Virus record (IMG/VR): IMGVR_UViG_3300047552_000689
Coordinates: 1-56,432 of that record
Origin: a virus
Taxonomy: Duplodnaviria > Caudoviricetes
DNA: 56,432 nt
Strand: one strand, 5' to 3'
Every line of letters starts with the position of its first letter. Within the stretch, counting starts at the first letter, position 1. Positions 1 to 7,614 of this stretch are shown here, one piece after another. The notes beneath the pieces are model-generated. The model saw nothing but the letters and a program-made list of their open reading frames with translations. It was not told the DNA's origin and made no database searches. A program made the translations under genes and the position numbers.

Positions 1-52
1 CAATTGTGCTATGCGCGCGCGCCGCGCGCCGCGCAATAGTGCCGCCGCGCCG

Positions 53-68
53 TTAACCGAAAATTAAC
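53..68 (+). promoter_or_regulatory. CtrA-binding box (TTAA-N7-TTAAC)
   Basis: TTAA(53-56)-CCGAAAA-TTAAC(64-68) matches the alphaproteobacterial CtrA consensus exactly; it ends 18 bp upstream of a -35 hexamer. Confidence 0.7.
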
Positions 69-86
69 CATCGCACCAGCGGGTAC

Positions 87-115
87 TTGCAAAACGCGGC
101 GCGCCGCGTTATGTT
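87..115 (+). promoter_or_regulatory. sigma70-type promoter with palindromic spacer
   Basis: TTGCAA(87-92)-17 bp-TATGTT(110-115); 93-110 is the perfect palindrome AACGCGGCGCGCCGCGTT; AAGGA RBS and ATG at 172 follow. Confidence 0.65.
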
Positions 116-171
116 TAGATCATGGAAGCGCGGAGATAGTCGAAGCGCCCATAACCGAAAGGAAACTAAAA

Positions 172-441
172 ATGTCTAAGGAAATCGCAAAGTTGGCCGT
201 TGTCGCCCCGGTGTCCCGTTCGCAGGCCGCGCCGTTCGCCGACAAAGTGCGTGAAATGTGCAGCGGCGCGGGCGCAAGTGTCGCGCAGATCATGGCGGCG
301 CTGAAACTGTCCGACCGGGAAGCGCGCCGCGTTATCGACCACATCCGCGCGAAGGAAAGTTACGACGCCTTCCCGCGCGTCGGAAAGGCCTTCGTTTATC
401 GTGGGCTCGACGGCAAGGGGTTCGCCCCGAAGGCCAAGTAA
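172..441 (+). CDS. small basic protein, possible winged-HTH DNA-binding regulator
   Basis: 89 aa, good RBS; GASVAQIMAALKLSDREARRVIDHIR looks like an HTH followed by a wing-like GKAFVY. Confidence 0.55.
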   Translation: MSKEIAKLAVVAPVSRSQAAPFADKVREMCSGAGASVAQIMAALKLSDREARRVIDHIRAKESYDAFPRVGKAFVYRGLDGKGFAPKAK

Positions 442-444
442 CAC

Positions 445-475
445 AAACGCGGCGCGCCAATGGCGGCGCGCCGCC
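445..475. repeat. second copy of the promoter-spacer palindrome / hairpin
   Basis: AAACGCGGCGCGCC (445-458) is identical to 92-105; GGCGGCGCGCCGCC (462-475) is a perfect palindrome; 449-458 can pair with 465-474. Confidence 0.7.
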
Positions 476-493
476 CCTCAAGGGTCTAAGGCA

Positions 494-622
494 ATGTCCA
501 ATCTTTCCCCCGCCCAACGCGCCGCCCTAGTAGATCAGGCATGGCGCGCCATGCAAACCGCAACCACCGACGCCGCATTTGAGCGCGCGCGGGCAGAATA
601 TGAAAGGCTAATCAAATGTTAA
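494..622 (+). CDS. hypothetical protein (42 aa)
   Basis: MSNLSPAQRAALVDQAW...; AAGG before the ATG; stop overlaps the next start. Confidence 0.5.
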   Translation: MSNLSPAQRAALVDQAWRAMQTATTDAAFERARAEYERLIKC

Positions 623-807
623 CGAAGTTCTACGCGCCGCGCGCCATTGCTCACCCCGCCGCTTGCGATGCAACAAAGCGCAAGGCTAACCGCGCGGCAA
701 TCCAAGCGCGCCACAGGGCGAAGAATAAACTTTTAATCGAAGCGCGCGCCATGTGCATTATTGTTGCGCCGCCAATTCGTAAGCCCCGCTATACCGGGCG
801 CGCATAG
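616..807 (+). CDS. hypothetical basic protein (63 aa)
   Basis: Overlaps the previous ORF end; K/R-rich; followed by a hairpin. Confidence 0.4.
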   Translation: MLTKFYAPRAIAHPAACDATKRKANRAAIQARHRAKNKLLIEARAMCIIVAPPIRKPRYTGRA

Positions 808-810
808 CTA

Positions 811-838
811 AAGGCGCGGCGTACCCCCGCCGCGCCTT
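811..838 (+). terminator. GC-rich hairpin closing the left cassette
   Basis: AAGGCGCGGCG-TACCCC-CGCCGCGCCTT inverted repeat right after the stop at 807; no long U tract. Confidence 0.5.
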
Positions 839-870
839 AACCCCCTGTTAACCGCATAGGGTCCGTTAAC
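837..870 (+). promoter_or_regulatory. second CtrA box plus half-site
   Basis: TTAA(837-840)-CCCCCTG-TTAAC(848-852), plus TTAAC at 866-870. Confidence 0.65.
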
Positions 871-921
871 TATACGGGGCCGGGGGGATCCCAGGCGTCG
901 GTCGAGTTCATCCCTGGGGGA

Positions 922-945
922 GACCCCCTCATTCCTGAGAGGGTC
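922..945. terminator. hairpin between convergent units
   Basis: GACCCCCTCA-TTCC-TGAGAGGGTC (one mismatch), just downstream of the minus-strand ORF ending at 958. Confidence 0.35.
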
Positions 946-957
946 CCCTTCTGGGTC

Positions 958-1260
958 TCAGTGCACCTTCCTGTTCTCGAAATATGAGAAGCTGGTCTCA
1001 GTGCTCCCAGGGTCGGTGTGGCAGTCCACAAGCAGCCGTGGCACGCCATCCTCCTTGTAGACGAGCAGAGCGTCACTGCCATCAGGCCCATCGGCCTGCC
1101 GCGATGACAACTCGTGCTCGTGCCCTCGCCCGAGCCGCTTGAAGCGGTCGAAGCTGATGGCCTTCCAATGCACGTTGAGCAGGTCTCTCATGTGGAGACT
1201 CCCAGGCGACCAAGCGCCTAGCACTACCCTGCACCCATGATTGTCCCTCGCAAGTGCCAA
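958..1260 (-). CDS. hypothetical protein (start may be ATG at 1191)
   Basis: Open frame MRDLLNVHWKAISF...; codon style matches the neighbouring minus-strand genes. Confidence 0.45.
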   Translation of the reverse strand: MALARDNHGCRVVLGAWSPGSLHMRDLLNVHWKAISFDRFKRLGRGHEHELSSRQADGPDGSDALLVYKEDGVPRLLVDCHTDPGSTETSFSYFENRKVH

Positions 1261-1274
1261 AGGTACACAGGGCC

Positions 1275-1523
1275 ATGGGAGAGACTCCAGCAGAGATCAG
1301 CAGCTACCGCCGCGACACGCGCGTCATACGAGCGGTGATTATCTCAGGCTGGGTGATGACACTGCTCATGACCTTCGGCCTCATAGGCGCGGCGGTGGCA
1401 CTGTGGTACGCGGGGATCGAGGTCCCAGACGAGCTGAAGCAGTGGGCGGCGATGAGCCTCGGCTTTCTCTTCGGGACTTTCCCGACGATGCTCCGCGACT
1501 ACATCGCAGCCGCGTCTGACTAG
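1275..1523 (+). CDS. small two-TM membrane protein
   Basis: Hydrophobic VIISGWVMTLLMTFGLIGAAVALWY and WAAMSLGFLFG segments; converges with ORF 1520-1996. Confidence 0.55.
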   Translation: MGETPAEISSYRRDTRVIRAVIISGWVMTLLMTFGLIGAAVALWYAGIEVPDELKQWAAMSLGFLFGTFPTMLRDYIAAASD

Positions 1524-1996
1524 AGCTGGCCGATCAGCCTGATCATCAGGTCCATCCGCGTCTTGTCAGGGATGCCCTCTGAGAGGGGGTGGGCCAGGTG
1601 CTTGAGCTGCTGGACAGTCCGGTCGTGGTCGCCGTCCAGCGCCAGGAACGGGACCCCCATGAAGTGGAACACCTCCCCCTGCCGGAGCTTGAGCGACGCG
1701 GCCTCGCCGATGAGCCTCTGCCGCAGGCGCTCGTGGTCCTCCATGGACAGCACGATCTTGGCGCTGCCGTTGATGTCGAGCCGCGTGAGCGCCTCGCTCA
1801 GGTCGATCATCAGCAGGTTGGTCGGGTTGTCTCTCTTCACATGTGCCATGTCGTCCTCCTTGATGATGGTGCCTCGTCTCTTGATCATGTCAACCTCCGG
1901 GCTCCCACCAGTGTAGAGCGAGCATCGCGAGGCCTCCTCTGGGCCTCCGCACCGAGGCTTGGTGCTCACGTTGCAGTACCAGCATGGATGGTCCAT
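1520..1996 (-). CDS. hypothetical protein with N-terminal Cys motif (CWYC...C...C)
   Basis: ATG overlaps the upstream stop at 1996; typical codon usage. Confidence 0.55.
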   Translation of the reverse strand: MDHPCWYCNVSTKPRCGGPEEASRCSLYTGGSPEVDMIKRRGTIIKEDDMAHVKRDNPTNLLMIDLSEALTRLDINGSAKIVLSMEDHERLRQRLIGEAASLKLRQGEVFHFMGVPFLALDGDHDRTVQQLKHLAHPLSEGIPDKTRMDLMIRLIGQL

Positions 1997-2259
1997 CACC
2001 AACCCCCTCGAAATTCCTCGCGGTGCTCAGGGTAGCCCTCGTCAGTGTCACCGAGCTCGCGACGCCAGTGAGTGCACCTGAACCACCTGTCATCATCATC
2101 GCTGACCACGGTGCGGATCTGGTATCGCTCGAGCCAGACCTTGCTGTAGGGTCCGGTCCTCACCGGGAGCCAGGCGAACTTGGTTCGCCAGAGAGCCTCG
2201 AAATCCCTGATCATCTTGCGGACAGCAGGGTTGTCCATGTCGATGCTGCTGAATCTCAT
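1996..2259 (-). CDS. hypothetical protein
   Basis: MRFSSIDMDNPAVRK...KFAWLPVRTG...VWLERY; ATGA coupling to the upstream gene. Confidence 0.55.
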   Translation of the reverse strand: MRFSSIDMDNPAVRKMIRDFEALWRTKFAWLPVRTGPYSKVWLERYQIRTVVSDDDDRWFRCTHWRRELGDTDEGYPEHREEFRGGW

Positions 2260-2462
2260 TCGCCCAGCACCATGCGCAGCATGCGCGCCGTCGAGATCAG
2301 GTTGGCGAGGTTGACCCCCATCGCCTGCTCGAGGCCCCGATGCTGAGGGGCGGCCGAGCCGGGAGGGGGCAGCATCATCACCGCCTCGTCGAGAGCGCGC
2401 AGGAAGTTGTCGAGTGCCACCTTGCGCTTGGCGATGGCCACGATGTTTGGGGTCTCGGTCAT
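2256..2462 (-). CDS. hypothetical protein
   Basis: MTETPNIVAIAKRK...; AAGGAG RBS; coupled on both sides. Confidence 0.6.
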   Translation of the reverse strand: MTETPNIVAIAKRKVALDNFLRALDEAVMMLPPPGSAAPQHRGLEQAMGVNLANLISTARMLRMVLGE

Positions 2463-2653
2463 GTCGTCTCCTTTGGTTCGAATAGTCTTCCGCCAAGGCA
2501 CTTGCCACCAACGTCGCGCTCCTCGCGGCAGTCGCCCCAGATGGCCTCGCCATCGACAGGGTCGATACCCATGATCTGAGGGTGCTTGCAGAAGTGGCTG
2601 TGGCTCAGCTTCTTGTGCCACTTGCACTCGATGCAGAGGGACTGGCTCTTCAC
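2459..2653 (-). CDS. small Cys-rich (Zn-ribbon-like) protein
   Basis: GTG start overlaps the upstream stop; CIECKWH...C...C...C pattern. Confidence 0.55.
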   Translation of the reverse strand: MKSQSLCIECKWHKKLSHSHFCKHPQIMGIDPVDGEAIWGDCREERDVGGKCLGGRLFEPKETT

Positions 2654-2853
2654 GAGCACAGCCTCTTGACGCGATCCATGACCGAGCCGACCTGCTCCAC
2701 GCACTTGAGCGACTCCTCCTCGCCAACGATGCAGATGCTGGTGCCGCCGTCGGCGGTGCCTGTTATCCGCGTGATGTGGGCGATGTTCACATAAGTGCCG
2801 AAGGTGCCGTTCCCGAAGACGGGGCGGCACTCTAGATGGATGAACTTGGACAT
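2650..2853 (-). CDS. hypothetical protein, first gene of the leftward operon
   Basis: GGAGGT RBS; MSKFIHLECR...YVNIAHITRI. Confidence 0.6.
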   Translation of the reverse strand: MSKFIHLECRPVFGNGTFGTYVNIAHITRITGTADGGTSICIVGEEESLKCVEQVGSVMDRVKRLCS

Positions 2854-2953
2854 TGCACCTCCGTTGGTTGCACCCCCTATGTGCCCCCTGGGGTTGTCGC
2901 GGGCTATCCACAACTGTATGTCGATCGGCACCGGATGTCCGGAGGAGTGGTAG

Positions 2954-4420
2954 ATGTCTGCCGAGCAGAATGTCATTTGGCGACCCCAGGCGGGATCGCA
3001 GGAGATCTTCCTAACAAACGAGATCCCAGAGCTGCTGTACGAGGGCACACGCGGCCCCGGCAAGACAGACGCGCTCATCATGGACTTCTGCCGCGATGTC
3101 GGACAGGGCCATGGCCCAGCGTGGAAGGGCATTCTCTTCCGGCAGACCTACGCGCAGCTCACGGACGTGATCTCAAAGTCCAAGAAGTGGATCCCCCAGA
3201 TCTGGCCGGGCGCGCGGTACAACTCCGCCGAGCACTTCTGGCACTGGCCGAGCGGCGAGCAGCTTCTCCTCCGCCACTTCATGAAGGAGGACGACTACTG
3301 GAACTATCACGGTCACGAGTATCCATGGATCGGGTGGGAGGAGCTCTGCAACTGGGCCATGCCTGGAGGCTACCTCCGCATGATGTCCACGAACCGAAGC
3401 TCGGTCAAGGGTGTGCCGAAGCGGATTCGCGCGACGACCAACCCGTATGGACCCGGCCACAACTGGGTGAAGTTCCGGTGGCGTCTCCCAAGCCATCGAA
3501 ACAAGATCATCACCGACAGTCTCGACGAGGACGGTCGCATTGAGCCGCCGCGCGGGTCGATCTTCGGCAGTCTCTACGAGAACAAGATTCTCCTCGAGAA
3601 CGACCCGGACTACATCAGCCGACTGCGCAGCTCCGCGCGCAACGACGCCGAGCTCCAGGCGTGGCTGTATGGATCGTGGGACATCGTCGCTGGCGGCATG
3701 TTCGACGACGTCTTCCGCTACAACTACAATGTGGTGAAGCCATTCGCGATTCCGCACTCGTGGCGCGTCGACCGCAGCTTCGACTGGGGCTCGAGCAAGC
3801 CCGCGTCCGTGGGTTGGTGGGCAGAGTCGGATGGCAGCGACTACATCGACCATCGCGGCAACGTGCAGTCCTCTGTGCGCGGCGACATCTTCCGGATCCA
3901 GGAGTGGTACATCTGGAGCGGCAAGCCGAACGAGGGGCGGCGCATGCTGGCGACGGACATCGCGGCGGGCATCGTCCAGCGCGAGGTCTCCTGGGGCATC
4001 CACGAGCGCACGCGGCCCGGCCCGGCCGACGCGTCGATCTTCGACGTCGAGAACGGGCTGAGCATCGCCCAGGACATGGGCAAGAACGTGCGTCTCAAGT
4101 CTGGTCGCGTCTACAGGGGCGTCTCCTGGGTCAAGGCCGACAAGACGCCCGGCTCCAGAAAGAACGGCTGGGAGCTCATGCGCAAGATGCTCCAGAACGC
4201 CCACCCGCCGAAGAATGGAGGCCCCAGGGAGCACCCTGGTCTGTTCATCTTCGACTGCTGCGAGAACTGGATTCGCACCGTGCCAGTCCTGCCACGCGAC
4301 GAGCGTGACATGGATGACGTCGACACGGACACCGAGGACCACATCGCGGACGAGTCGCGCTACCGGGTCCGGGCCTCGAGCATGCGTCACAAGAGCAACC
4401 GATCGATCGGCTTGTTCTAG
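2954..4420 (+). CDS. terL: terminase large subunit
   Basis: WRPQAGSQ Q-motif, Walker A GTRGPGKT, Walker B WIGWEEL, motif III ATTNP, nuclease FDWG and EDHIADESRY. Confidence 0.95.
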   Translation: MSAEQNVIWRPQAGSQEIFLTNEIPELLYEGTRGPGKTDALIMDFCRDVGQGHGPAWKGILFRQTYAQLTDVISKSKKWIPQIWPGARYNSAEHFWHWPSGEQLLLRHFMKEDDYWNYHGHEYPWIGWEELCNWAMPGGYLRMMSTNRSSVKGVPKRIRATTNPYGPGHNWVKFRWRLPSHRNKIITDSLDEDGRIEPPRGSIFGSLYENKILLENDPDYISRLRSSARNDAELQAWLYGSWDIVAGGMFDDVFRYNYNVVKPFAIPHSWRVDRSFDWGSSKPASVGWWAESDGSDYIDHRGNVQSSVRGDIFRIQEWYIWSGKPNEGRRMLATDIAAGIVQREVSWGIHERTRPGPADASIFDVENGLSIAQDMGKNVRLKSGRVYRGVSWVKADKTPGSRKNGWELMRKMLQNAHPPKNGGPREHPGLFIFDCCENWIRTVPVLPRDERDMDDVDTDTEDHIADESRYRVRASSMRHKSNRSIGLF

Positions 4421-4465
4421 GAGACGGGGCGGGATATCAGGGTCTCATCAACTCAGGAGGGCGAC

Positions 4466-4615
4466 ATGCTCGAGTTCTTTCTCAGTCTCAAGTTCATCTC
4501 CGGCGTCGTGACGGGTCTGGCCATCCAGTACCTGTTCCCCAAGGCCATCGCCGCGATGAACGCCCGGATCAAGGCCAGGGTCGACGACATCGACATCTAT
4601 CCCGACGTGAAGTGA
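4466..4615 (+). CDS. 49-aa single-TM protein (below ORF-track cutoff)
   Basis: AGGAGG RBS; MLEFFLSLKFISGVVTGLAIQYLFPKAIAAMNARIKARVDDIDIYPDVK. Confidence 0.65.
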   Translation: MLEFFLSLKFISGVVTGLAIQYLFPKAIAAMNARIKARVDDIDIYPDVK

Positions 4616-4623
4616 GCTGATCC

Positions 4624-6117
4624 ATGGCGACCGCGCGGACAGGCGTCCAGACGACGCACCCCCAGTACGATGAGCACCTGGCCGATTGGCAGATGCTCGA
4701 GGACGCATACAAGGGTGAGCGTCATGTGAAGGCCAAGGGCTCAGTCTATCTGCCGCCCACCTCCGGCATGGTCGCGGATGGCATCGCCAACTCCGCCCAG
4801 CTCGGCTATCAGGCCTACGAGGCGTATCTGACCCGCGCCGTCTTCCCAGAGTTCATGACCGAGTCGGTCAACACCTGCATGGGCATGCTCTGGTACAAGG
4901 ATCCCGTGATCAAGCTGCCCAAGGTTCTCGAGCCGATGCTCGATCGCGCGTCCGTCAAGGGCGAGACGATGAAGCAGCTCCTGCGCCGGATTCACGAGCA
5001 GGTTCTCAGCGTCGGTCGCTGCGGTCTGCTGCTGGATCTTCCCGAGACAGTCCCCATCGACACCCCGGTCCTCCCGTACATCGCCATGTACGAGGCCGAG
5101 AACATCATCAACTGGGATGACGGTCGCGTCGGTGGCCCCACACTGCAGACGCTCAACTTCGTTGTGCTCGACGAGAGTGAGATGGTCCGCAAGGGCTTCA
5201 CCTGGGAGCAGGAGGATCGCTACCGCGTCCTCTATCTTGGCGACGAGGCCACCAACGAGTCCATGGGCAAATATTTCGTCCGCGTCCTCTCCTCGGACGA
5301 GACCGAGATCAAGAGCCCGATCATGCCCATGTTCGCAGGCAAGGCGCTCGACGAGATCCCGTTCGTCTTCGTCAACGCCAAGGATCTGCTGCCGGACCCG
5401 GATGTCCCGCCGCTGATCTCGCTGGCGCGTCTCTGCATGACCATCTACCGTGGCGAGGCAGACTATCGCCAGAACCTCTTCATGCAGGGCCAGGACACGC
5501 TGGTCATCATCGGCTCCGACAACCAGGACCAGAAGTTCCGCGTCGGTGCCAACGCTGTGCTCGAGCTGCCTGTCGGCGGCTCCGCCGAGTACATCGGTGT
5601 GAACTCCAAGGGTCTGGCCGAGCAGCGGCTGTCCCTCGAGAACGATCGTCGTCTGGCTGCGTCCCGCTCTGGGCAGCTCGTGGACACCACTTCACGCCAG
5701 CGTGAGTCTGGAGACGCGCTTCAAACGCGAGTGGCCGCGCAGACCGCCACGCTCAACGACATTGCACTGACATCGGCTGGGGCGCTCGAGCGCATCCTGA
5801 AGATGGCAGCACGGTGGGTTGGTGCGAATCCCGACGAGGTCTCGATCCAGCCGAACCTCGACTTTGTGAACGTGCAGCTTACCTCCCGCAGCATTGTCGA
5901 GCTCCAGACTGCCAAGAAACTGGGCGCGCCGATCTCGCAGAAGACCATCCACTCGATCATCAAGCAGCGCCAGCTCACCTCGATGGACTTCGAGGAGGAG
6001 CTCGCCGCGATCAAGGCGGAAGAGCCACTCGTAGAGGAGGAAGTTGATGCCGGAGCCAACGAAAACCAGCAGGCCGGATCTCAGGGTGGTGACGGACGCG
6101 GGACTGCGGGTGTCTGA
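4624..6117 (+). CDS. portal protein (DUF4055-like)
   Basis: 497 aa after terL; HPQY...YLP...Y..YLTRAVF N-terminus and ESGDAL motif typical of this portal family. Confidence 0.9.
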   Translation: MATARTGVQTTHPQYDEHLADWQMLEDAYKGERHVKAKGSVYLPPTSGMVADGIANSAQLGYQAYEAYLTRAVFPEFMTESVNTCMGMLWYKDPVIKLPKVLEPMLDRASVKGETMKQLLRRIHEQVLSVGRCGLLLDLPETVPIDTPVLPYIAMYEAENIINWDDGRVGGPTLQTLNFVVLDESEMVRKGFTWEQEDRYRVLYLGDEATNESMGKYFVRVLSSDETEIKSPIMPMFAGKALDEIPFVFVNAKDLLPDPDVPPLISLARLCMTIYRGEADYRQNLFMQGQDTLVIIGSDNQDQKFRVGANAVLELPVGGSAEYIGVNSKGLAEQRLSLENDRRLAASRSGQLVDTTSRQRESGDALQTRVAAQTATLNDIALTSAGALERILKMAARWVGANPDEVSIQPNLDFVNVQLTSRSIVELQTAKKLGAPISQKTIHSIIKQRQLTSMDFEEELAAIKAEEPLVEEEVDAGANENQQAGSQGGDGRGTAGV

Positions 6118-6424
6118 CCCTCCGGGGTCTGAAGAGCTCACGGTCATCGAGGACGTTGCCGACGAGGACGTGGACAACAAGTTCACGGCCATGATTGACC
6201 GGATGGGCGACGGTGTCGAGAAAGGCATCCGCGCCGGACACACAGAGGGCCTCGTCATCACCTTTGGCGAGGATGGCAGCTTCGGCTTCGAACTGACCAA
6301 CAACGTGTCTCTCATCCAGGTGGTTGGAGTGCTTGACGTGCTGAAGGCTGACTTCATCGACGACTTCCGGTGTGGCCAGTCAGACCCAGAGGATGCAGAA
6401 GAGGATGGCCCGATCTCGTCTTAA
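6047..6424 (+). CDS. acidic hypothetical protein overlapping the portal 3' end
   Basis: GAGGAGG RBS before ATG 6047; D/E-rich. Confidence 0.55.
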   Translation: MPEPTKTSRPDLRVVTDAGLRVSDPPGSEELTVIEDVADEDVDNKFTAMIDRMGDGVEKGIRAGHTEGLVITFGEDGSFGFELTNNVSLIQVVGVLDVLKADFIDDFRCGQSDPEDAEEDGPISS

Positions 6425-6740
6425 GATCGACATGCGACGCCCGCCAGTACTGGTGATTCGGCGTCTCGGTCGACATCAGGCAGACGGGCTGGCCTACATC
6501 TGCCCCAGCGATCCCGCGCACAAGCAGGGCACCATGGAGGTGGATATCACCCTCACTGGTCGCCGTCTGCTAGAGACTGTCATCCACGAACTCATCCACC
6601 TCGTCTTCCCTGGGATGCTGGAGGAGGACGTCGCACGACTCGCCCGATACCTGGCGCTCTGCCTCTGGGCTTGGGGAGTCAGGATTGACGAGGAGCACTT
6701 CAAGGCCCTTGTCCAGGGGCGAGATCCGGACGAAGTCTAG
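6405..6740 (+). CDS. small HExxH zincin-like metallopeptidase
   Basis: LETVIHELIH followed by EEDV; GAGG RBS. Confidence 0.55.
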   Translation: MARSRLKIDMRRPPVLVIRRLGRHQADGLAYICPSDPAHKQGTMEVDITLTGRRLLETVIHELIHLVFPGMLEEDVARLARYLALCLWAWGVRIDEEHFKALVQGRDPDEV

Positions 6741-6779
6741 CGAGCCGGGATGACCCGGTGACACAGAAGGAGACGAGGC

Positions 6780-7598
6780 ATGGCCCTCAAGGCAGTGTAT
6801 GATAGTGCAGACCAGATCCCCAGCGGCTTCGCGGAGTTGTACTCAGAGCGAGGTGGTAAGTGGGAGCTGACGGGCATCGAAGGGGTCAAGACCCAGGCCG
6901 ATGTCGACCGTCTTCAGACGGCTCTCACAAACGAGCGCAACGAGCACAAGACCACGAAGGAGCGTTTGAGCCCCTGGCTGTCTCTCGGCAAGAAGCCGGA
7001 AGAGATCCAGTCTCAGCTTGATCGCGTGGGCGAGCTCGAGCTGCTCACCAAGGACAAGGACCCGGCTGCGGTCGAGGCCCTCGTCGAAGCGCGCGTCAAG
7101 GGGCGGATCGCCCCCATCGAGCGCGAGCGTGACCAACTCAAGGTCGAGGTGGGTGAACTCAAGCAGGAGAACACCCAGTACAAGACCAAGGAGAAGACCC
7201 GCACCATCCACGACGCGGTCCGTCAGGCGGCCACCAAGGTCGGCCTCCTGCCCACTGCGATCGAGGATGCTCTCATGTACGGCGAGCGCGTGCTCGACGT
7301 GGATGACGAGGGCAAGGTCCGCACCAAGGACAACGTCGGCGTCACGCCCGGTATCGACCCGGATGTGTGGCTCGGCGACATGAAGCAGACCCGCTCGCAC
7401 TGGTGGGGCCAGACCGTCGGTGGCGGCGGCTCCGGTGGCGGCGGTGGCAATCGCTTCACCAACAACCCGTGGTCGGCAGACCACTGGAACATGACTCGCC
7501 AGGGCGAGATCTACCGTGAGGATCCGAAGAAGGCCGAGCAGATGGCCAAGGCAGCGGGTTCCAAGATCGGTGGTCAGCGTCCGGCCCCCAAGAAGTAG
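6780..7598 (+). CDS. capsid scaffolding protein
   Basis: Coiled-coil, Gly-rich linker, C-terminal NPWS...WNMTRQG; lies upstream of the capsid gene. Confidence 0.8.
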   Translation: MALKAVYDSADQIPSGFAELYSERGGKWELTGIEGVKTQADVDRLQTALTNERNEHKTTKERLSPWLSLGKKPEEIQSQLDRVGELELLTKDKDPAAVEALVEARVKGRIAPIERERDQLKVEVGELKQENTQYKTKEKTRTIHDAVRQAATKVGLLPTAIEDALMYGERVLDVDDEGKVRTKDNVGVTPGIDPDVWLGDMKQTRSHWWGQTVGGGGSGGGGGNRFTNNPWSADHWNMTRQGEIYREDPKKAEQMAKAAGSKIGGQRPAPKK

Positions 7599-7614
7599 CA
7601 ACAAGGAGATCGCC

